A stretch of 64,000 nucleotides of DNA. Origin: the human T2T-CHM13v2.0 reference genome, Homo sapiens. Both the position numbers and the translations under genes were made by a program. Below are positions 55,580 through 64,000 of this stretch, piece by piece (position 1 is the stretch's first letter; every line of letters begins with the position of its first letter). Location of the stretch: the NCBI RefSeq assembly GCF_009914755.1, contig NC_060930.1; one strand, 5' to 3'. The notes beneath the pieces are model-generated. The model was given only the letters and a program-made list of their open reading frames with translations. It had not been told where the DNA came from and searched no databases.

Positions 55580-56462
55580 ATGGTCTATAGTATAGTTTGA
55601 AGTCAGGTAATGTGATGTTCCAGATTTGTTCTTTTTGCTTAGTCTTGCTTTGGCTATGTGGGCTCTTTTTCTTTTCATTTGAATTTTAGGATTTTTTTTG
55701 AGTGCTGTGAAAAATGATGGTGGTATTTTGATGGGAATTGCGTTGAATCTGTAGATTTCTCTGGGCAGTATGGTCATTTTCACAATACTGATTCTTCTCA
55801 TCCATGAGCATGGAATGTGTTTCCACTTGTTTGTGTCATCTGTGATTTCTTTCAGCAGTGTTTTGTAGTTTTCCTTGTAGAGATATTTACCCTCCTTGGC
55901 TAAGTATATTCCTAAGGTTTTGTTGTTATTGTTGTTTATTTGTTTGTTGGCTTTTTCAGCTGTTGTAAAAGGAAATGAGTTCTTGATTTGATTCTCAGTT
56001 TGGTATTTGTTATATAGTAGTGCTACTGATTTCTGTACATTGATTTTATATCCTGAAACTTCACTGAATTCATTTATCAGATCTAAGAGCTTTTTGGATG
56101 AGACTTTAGAGTTTTCTAGATATATGATCATATCACCAGTGAACAGTAACAGTTTGACTTCCTTTTTCCCCTATTTGGATGCCCTTTATTTATTTGTCTT
56201 TTCTGATTGCTCTGGCTAAGACTTCCAGGTCTGTTTGAACAGAAGTGATGAAAGTGAGCATCCTTCTCTTATTCCAGTTCTCAGGGGGAATTCTTTCAAC
56301 TTTTTCCTATTCCAAATGATGTTGGCTGGGAGTTTGTCATGTATGGCTTTTATTACTTTGAGTTAAGTCTATTCTATGCCTATGTTGTTCAGGGTTTTTA
56401 TCATAATGCGATGCTGAATTTTTTCAAATGCTTTTGTGGCATCAATTGAGGTGATCATATGA
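55580..56462 (-). mobile_element. Internal L1 (PB-like) ORF2 fragment
   Basis: ORF 55577..56131 matches the ORF2 RT C-terminal region ([24 protein letters not shown]). Confidence 0.9.
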
Positions 56463-57570
56463 AAACCCATATTTTATTTAGTATTTTTGTGTGCAATAAT
56501 TCCAAGGTTTGTAAAATAAATATTTTATACATATTTTGAAATATTAAATAATATTTTTGTGCATTGTTCATTGAGTACAATCTTTTATTTCATTAATGTA
56601 TATAGAATGCTTCGAAAAAGACAAATGCATTAGTGAAGGAAATTTAACATCATGAAATTTAGTCTAATATTCTAAAACACAAGTTCTCATGTAGAAATAT
56701 TAATCAATTTACTTTCATTTTAAACTAAATAAGAGATGCCTACAGTTAAAGAGAAATCGCCCCTTCTACCAGATGTGCATGTTATAGTTGGCAATTTTCT
56801 AGGCTGATATCAACATTCCACAGACTTACTTTTTATTTAAAAAATGTACTCAATGCCTCTGGGTGTATCTACAAAGCAGCAAACAAAAAAAATGTTTATT
56901 TTTAGTACAGAAATATTAGCAAATTTTAGTTTATTTGCATATTTGACTAAAAATAAGTCATCTTAAACTGTCAAAAGAAGAGAAAGTATCTCCTTTCATA
57001 CTAAAGGACAGAGTGAAAAAGTTTAACTCTGGAGTTTGCCAGGAAATTATTTGGCATTTAATGAACATAAAGTGAATGAATGAAGAAATGAATGAGCAAA
57101 AAATATAAATAGGTGGCAATACATACCTAATACAGAAAGTTGTTTGTTATAAACATAGCAAAGCTCCACACTAATAGAAAATAATCTGACTAAATTTTGA
57201 TTTGGCCTGATGACTATTTTCTCTCAAACTGTAAAAGAAACAAGAAGAGGAATTAACATTCTCTGATGTTAATTATATTTGACAGAAAGAAACCATTTAC
57301 GGAGATGAAGCAATATGGACTTTAAAGAAATTTCCCAAGAAGTTTTGGAAAGAAGAGGTTGCTAGAATGTAAGGGAAAAACAATTATGGATAAAGGAAGA
57401 GAGAAGTACTTTGGCAGAATTTATAAACAAACTCTGCCAAAGAAAGGTGAAACTCTAAGAAAGTATACTTTCTATAAGACCATAATGAAGAAGTAGAGAG
57501 ACACATACAGAGTATGATGTGATTGACCAGGAAACTCTTGTGAGTAAAAAGTACTGTCAGTTATAACTCT

Positions 57571-58145
57571 TTTCATTATTTTAACAGACTGATTGAGGTA
57601 TAATTGACTAATAAAATTGTATACTTCAAACATATACATGATGATTCAATACATGTATGAACTGTGGAAATATAGAATTCAGAAAATTTCAAGTATACAG
57701 TACAGTATTATTAACCGTAGTCACCATGCTATACACAGATCCCCTTCTTGCATTTCAGTCTTTCACATTCCATATTCAACTCTGTTTCTATAAGTGACTT
57801 TTTTAGATTCCACATGTAAATGAAATCATGTAGTATTTTTCTTTCTTTGCTTGACTTATTTCACCCAGCATAATACCTTTCAAATTTCAACCATGTTGTC
57901 ACAAGTAGTAGGATTTTCTTCCTTTTGTATGGAAAAAAGGAGATCCTTTTGCACTGTTGGTGGGAATGTAAAGTGGTACAGCCATTATGGAAAACAGTAT
58001 GGAGGTTCTTCAAAATATTAAAAATAGAACTACCATACAGCCTAAAAATCTCACTTCTGAGAGTGCAAAGAAAAGAAAATCAACATCTCAAAGAAATATC
58101 TGCATTCCCATGTTCATTTCTGTACTATTAACAACAGCCAAGACA
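57571..58145 (-). mobile_element. Old L1MA/MB 3' end with 5' inversion (minus 57571-57930, plus 57926-58145)
   Basis: ATTGAGGTATAATTGAC...GTAGGATTTTCTTCCTTTTGTATGG then sense-strand CACTGTTGGTGGGAATGTAAAG...ACAACAGCCAAGAC. Confidence 0.75.
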
Positions 58146-58300
58146 CAGTTAATGATTCCTATGCCTCCTCATATCCCCAGAACCTAATATGGCCTGAATA
58201 ATGTAGGCACTTAATAATGTGTATAAAGGGGAAATCAGGATTAAGACAATGATCCTCATGATTAATCATTATTGACCTGTCTCTCAGGGGTCCTGACTGA

Positions 58301-58614
<314 letters not shown>

Positions 58615-59774
58615 TGATTCTTTACTTGAACTTTGACATTCTTTGACCATTTTGCAATTCAATGGTAAATGTACTAGGCGGGAAGATAGAAAAAGAAAAT
58701 CCTGTGAGTCTTAAACCATGCAATGTGACAAATGATAAGCACTTATCTAACATGTAAATTAATAAAGGAACTGAGGATCAACTAAATATTAAAATTTATA
58801 ATAGCAAACACTTTAATTTATACAATGCATGCAATTTCTGTTTCTCACCATCATACAATGGTAAGATTTGTGTTAATTTGATCATGAAAGAAGAAAAATA
58901 ACAGAGTCAAATCAAAAAAGCACTTGCTGAACAAAAAGCCACCCAAATTTATACCTAGTAACTAATGATCAAACTATTTTGTATTAAAAAAATCTATTTT
59001 TTGTGTGTATATAGTATAATATTATTTGCTTCTATTAGGGGCAAATGAGAACGCATGGTACAACATGTAAATTAATGAGAATTGTTCACGATGAGCATTA
59101 TGTAGGAAACAATAAATAATATATAATTAATAATAACATTCTATAAAGAGTTTTTTTATAAAGGAAAAACTGAATCCTTGTAACTGCATGTCGGGGAACA
59201 CTGAAAATATAAGTGCTTCCTGCCTCTGCAGATATTATTATACTATTGTAAAGCTAAGACTCACCTAGATGAAAGTAGAAAGAACTATGAAAGTGTAATA
59301 AAAAATAGAACAGGCTAAACATATGTGTAAGTACTGAAATATGTAAAAGAGATACTTGTCTGGGTGCATATAAGGAGGAACTAATGCATTGTAAAAGTAT
59401 TTTAGAAATTGATGGTCAATTTCATGGTGAGTAGTGAAACATCAAAATATCTAAAATGTGGATTGATATTTCAGACAGAATTTCATGTGTCAAATGAAAC
59501 CATAATTGTAGCACATCTGCTTCACTGATAAAATCTCACTCTTAAAGGGCTAAGGTTTTTCAGTCACGGATGAACATTTATAAGAAAGTAAGTGACTTTC
59601 ACTGACTAAAGTCATACAGAGTAATTTACAGTTAAATGTTTATTTACCGATTTTTTAATAGGGAGTATTTCTTCTAATGAGCAGAATTATATATATTCTC
59701 CATCCAGGATACTGTTTTTGAGATAATTACATGGAACATTAAATTATCCAATAAAAAGGTTTCCTTGGTGAATA

Positions 59775-59905
59775 AAGAATGGAAAAAAAAGAAAGGAATA
59801 AAGGAAGGAAGGAGGGAGGGAGGCAGGGAAGGAGGGAGGGAGGAAGGAAGGAAAAAAAGAAAGGAAGGAAAGAAGGAAGGAGGGAGGGAAGGAAGGAAGC
59901 AAGGG
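59775..59905 (+). repeat. Degenerate (GGAA/GGGA)n purine tract
   Basis: Direct reading. Confidence 0.9.
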
Positions 59906-60111
59906 ACAGAAAAGGTAGAAATAAAACCAAAAAATTACTCAAATGGCATTCTCTACAACCTTGAAAACTACTTGGATTATCTGTACCTTAAACTAAAGAA
60001 CAATCCTTTAGAGTCTGGATTACCCAGAGTCCAGATTAATTTCACTCTTACATTCTGCACTTTGTCAACTTTTCTTTCACTCATTCCCACTTTGGTATTC
60101 TAACTACCTAC

Positions 60112-60621
60112 TGTTTTAGTTTCCTATTACCATTGTAAGAAATAATCATAAATGTTGTGGTGTAAAATAATACAAATTAATTATTTTATGATTCTGAAGG
60201 GTGGAAGTCCAAGATGTGTTTTGGTGGGCTAAAATCAAAGTGTTTGCAGGGCTGCATTTCTTTCTGTAGGCTCTAGAGGAGAATGCTTCTCTTTCCCTTT
60301 TCTAATTTCTAGAGGCTGCACACATTTCTTGGCTCATGGCCCCATTCCTCCATCTTCAAAATCAGCAATAGCATATCAAATCCTTCTCATATTTAGCTCC
60401 TTTTTTCCCTCTCTCTTCCACTTTTGAGGACCCTTGTGATTATATGGGGCCCACCAGGATGATCCAGAATAATCTCCTTATTTTAAGGTATATTGATTAG
60501 CAATCTTAATCCCATCTGGAATCTTAATTCCCCTTTTTGGTGTGATGTAACATATTCGTAGGTTCCAGGGATTAGTACATTGACATCTTTCAGGATGGGG
60601 TCAGTTATTGCTGACCCCACT
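60112..60621 (-). mobile_element. MLT1C/D-like solo LTR
   Basis: GGGCTAAAATCAAAGTGTTTGCAGGGCTGC...GGCTCTAGAGGAGAAT...GGACCCTTGTGATTA...GGTTCCAGGGATTAG. Confidence 0.85.
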
Positions 60622-63090
60622 TACCTTCTATGCTATGTTCTATTTTCTTAATATGGCTCATCAAGTTTCAGCCTAGAAGCTCTTTCTATTGGTTTAAGAG
60701 AAATTTTATTTCTTAAATTATGTGACATAGTCAATTCTTCATATAGCTGTTTCTTTTCAACTGTAAGAATCCATAGGAATAATTCACTAAACATTTAATA
60801 TTGTAACAATAATTATAAGAATCAATCCCTAATGTGAAATAATTTCTGAGCACATAGGCAAATATATCTTTATAATACACAAATAAACCATGCTGCATAA
60901 TATTAATTCCTACTATTATAGAATTTAAATGATTTTTAAGGCTAGCTGTAAATAAAAATTGTCAAGATTTATTTAGAAATGCAGATGTTCTGACCCTGTC
61001 CCAGAGTTACTAAATCAGGATGTCTGAAGATGAACCTCCGATAATTTGTAAAGTGATCAAAATGCAATTTTAATATGTAGCTAGGTCTAAGAATCCTGCA
61101 TTATTTTATGTAAATATATTGTTAAATTAGATTCTCTATCTTCCACATACTTGATTGATATTTTGCTAAAGGTTACTGAGTTTAGAGATTTCTCTTTCTC
61201 ATACTATGTTGGTTCTACACATTCCCAGATATGTTGTCTGATATTTATATTCAGTGATAAATGTTTTGGTGAATAGCTCCAGTACTCCTATCTCAAATGT
61301 CAAAAAATATTTAAAAATATAATGAATCAAATCCAACAGAAAAAATAAGTCTTAAAATTCCACAAAAGCCCTACAATTTGCTATAGTTTAAGATTGGCAT
61401 AGATTGACAGTAAAATACAGGATCAGAATTGTTTTCATTATGTGTTTGCTGAATGGCTTTCCATTACCATATGGCAGGTTCTGAATTAGCAGTTGGGATA
61501 AATATCATAAATGGTCAATGTAAAAAGAACTTAATGTTCTCGTGATCCAAATTAAACCTTCCGTTGGACAAAGCTGAGGAACACTTTTCTTTAGGCTGAG
61601 TTTCTAAAATATGTGTGGTTGTATGATATCAAACCTATATTTTACACACAGTGAGCTTCAACGCTGGGTTATTTCAAATGTGCCTTCATTTACAATTATA
61701 AAATAAATGGCTTTAGAGCACAGTTTATTTTAAAAAGTTCACTCAAATAATAATATTTTAATTCAGAAATAATTTCGAGTTACTAACAACTATTTTCCTA
61801 AAATAATTTCAATAATCGTAATTGTTAATGTTGTATGACACAATGGGAACAAAGCAGCAATATTGATTATATTTCCCACACATTCACATATTAAGTAACT
61901 TTTAACAGAGTGCCTACATTTTATTCTTTAGTTTGTCAAAGAAAAGTTTATGAATTTTTACTGTGCTAACAAAAAAATTTAATAAGTTACAAGACCTTTC
62001 TGAAGGCATAGTTGCATTTGACAATGCCTACAGAGAATAAGAAAGAAGCCACTACTATTTTTTTATGAAAGGTCAAATGTTATGTTTTTTCCAATGACTA
62101 TCACAAAGAAAATTTAAAAAATTGAGAGACCTCAAGGGATGGAATAGCAAATAAAAGAGGAGATGTACGAACAGTTAGGGTGTTAATTATGGAATACTGC
62201 AAAATCCAAAGAGATTATTCAGAAATATGGGGCACTATAAGGATTTACGTTTAAAAGCAAGTAATAATTTTGATTGACTTAATATTTGCTGGACAAATGG
62301 AGCATTTTGTGTTTCAGAGCTTGTTCTTGATAATAAGTTCATATAGCTTTCAGAAATATAAAAGAAAAATTTACATTTATAGACAGATTAAGTGGGAATA
62401 ATTTATGTTATAATAAACTACTGCAAGATTTTATAAAGAGACACTCCACCAGTCTGGTTAAGTGTTTATGAATACATAAATATCTACTTGAATCAGAGTC
62501 TGACTCTGTGAAGCAGAAGAGCCTAAACCTGAAGTATTTGAAATCCCTACTTAAATGATTTGAAAGTGGAGACACCATTTAAAGTATTATAATGTAATTA
62601 ATTGGGAAACATATAAGTCCTACCCACTGGAAAAAATGTGATATCTTTGGATGTGAACTTTGATTATCTTATGAATCTTCCTGATGATGTTGATATTGTT
62701 CATTATAAAAATAAGCAAGGGGAATAAAGCACTTAAAACATTACTGTTATACAAAAATAATTTTCTCTTGTCTCTAAAGCTATGTACAATTCACCTTGTA
62801 TATCTGTAGAGATACTCAAATAAATTGATAAAATTTGGAGAGTAATATAAATAGAGGCTTATATTTGACTTTAAAATGCATACAGAGAAATAAAACTGCT
62901 TCATATAAGTAAAAGATTAATTTAGGTTGATTAACATATTTAATTTAGAATTACTTCCTTAGTATTAAAAATTAATGTTTAACTTTAAAAATAGACTTTA
63001 GAGGTAATTTGTGCTCTGAATGATTGATTTGTGGAGGCTAAATAAACCTGGAAAGAAATACTGATCTGAGAGTTAAAAATACAAAAACAT

Positions 63091-63425
<335 letters not shown>

Positions 63426-63690
63426 CTAAAAGTGATGCCCAAGTGAAAGCTTAACCATGAACTGAAGATTCTGTTCTAAATTTTCTTGAAAAGATTATAT
63501 TTATTAGATATTGGCTTGCCAGAAATGGAAGGGTAGAAGTAGAGAATTATAGAGTTATATACTCACTACATACTCCAGCCCTGTGGAGGGCAGAGGCTAC
63601 TCTCAACTAATGATGTGGCTGGGAATATGAATTCTGACGTCAGAAGAAATGGATTCAAATACTGAAATACTGACTCATACTTAATCACAG

Positions 63691-64000
63691 TGTGGTAGGA
63701 AGACTTCTAAGATGGTCTCTAAAGATCTCCGTCTTATAGTAGTTATGCCCCTGTGTAATCCTCTTCTCTGGATTGCAGGCTGGACCTAATGATTTGAATA
63801 TAACCAATGTAATACAGCAAAGGTGATGGGATACCTCTTCCATGATGAGGTTACAAAAGATTGTAATTTCTATCTTGCTAGCAGACCATCTATTGCCTTC
63901 TCAACTTCCCTTATATGAGAAAGCAAGCTGCCATGGAGAGGTCCATGTGGCAATGAACTGAACTTGACCTCCAGTCAATAACTTGCAAGGAACTGAATAT
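63691..64000 (+). mobile_element. MLT1E/F-like LTR, runs off the window
   Basis: TGTGGTAGG...TTCTAAGATGG...CCCTGTGTAATCC...AAGGTGATGGGAT...CCATGTGGCAATGAACTG. Confidence 0.8.

Overview
Human genomic DNA; an AluYa5 carrying all five diagnostic bases points to human. The window is AT-rich, CpG-poor and Alu-sparse (6 Alus in 64 kb), and dense in L1, L2, MIR, MaLR/ERV LTRs and DNA-transposon fossils, typical of a gene-poor intergenic or deep-intronic region. I see no protein-coding exon, RNA gene, processed pseudogene or CpG island. Every recognisable ORF in the track is a fragment of L1 ORF1/ORF2, an Alu/LTR read-through or low-complexity sequence. Main elements: a minus-strand L1PA7/8-like element running off the left edge (1-5847), an old MLT1 provirus with internal sequence (~20.2-22.8 kb), a TSD-flanked near full-length L1PB (37051-43141), a full THE1B provirus (45872-48410) and three solo THE1 LTRs. 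I did not find a new gene system. The most unusual signals are structural. Two ~250-bp inverted, apparently locally templated insertions occur at 37241-37490 and 47873-48129; the second copies unique flanking DNA and ends in a collapsed MADE1 hairpin. Several short fold-back duplications lie in the same 12-kb zone. Repeat subfamily names come from consensus sequences recalled from memory and should be confirmed with RepeatMasker/Dfam.
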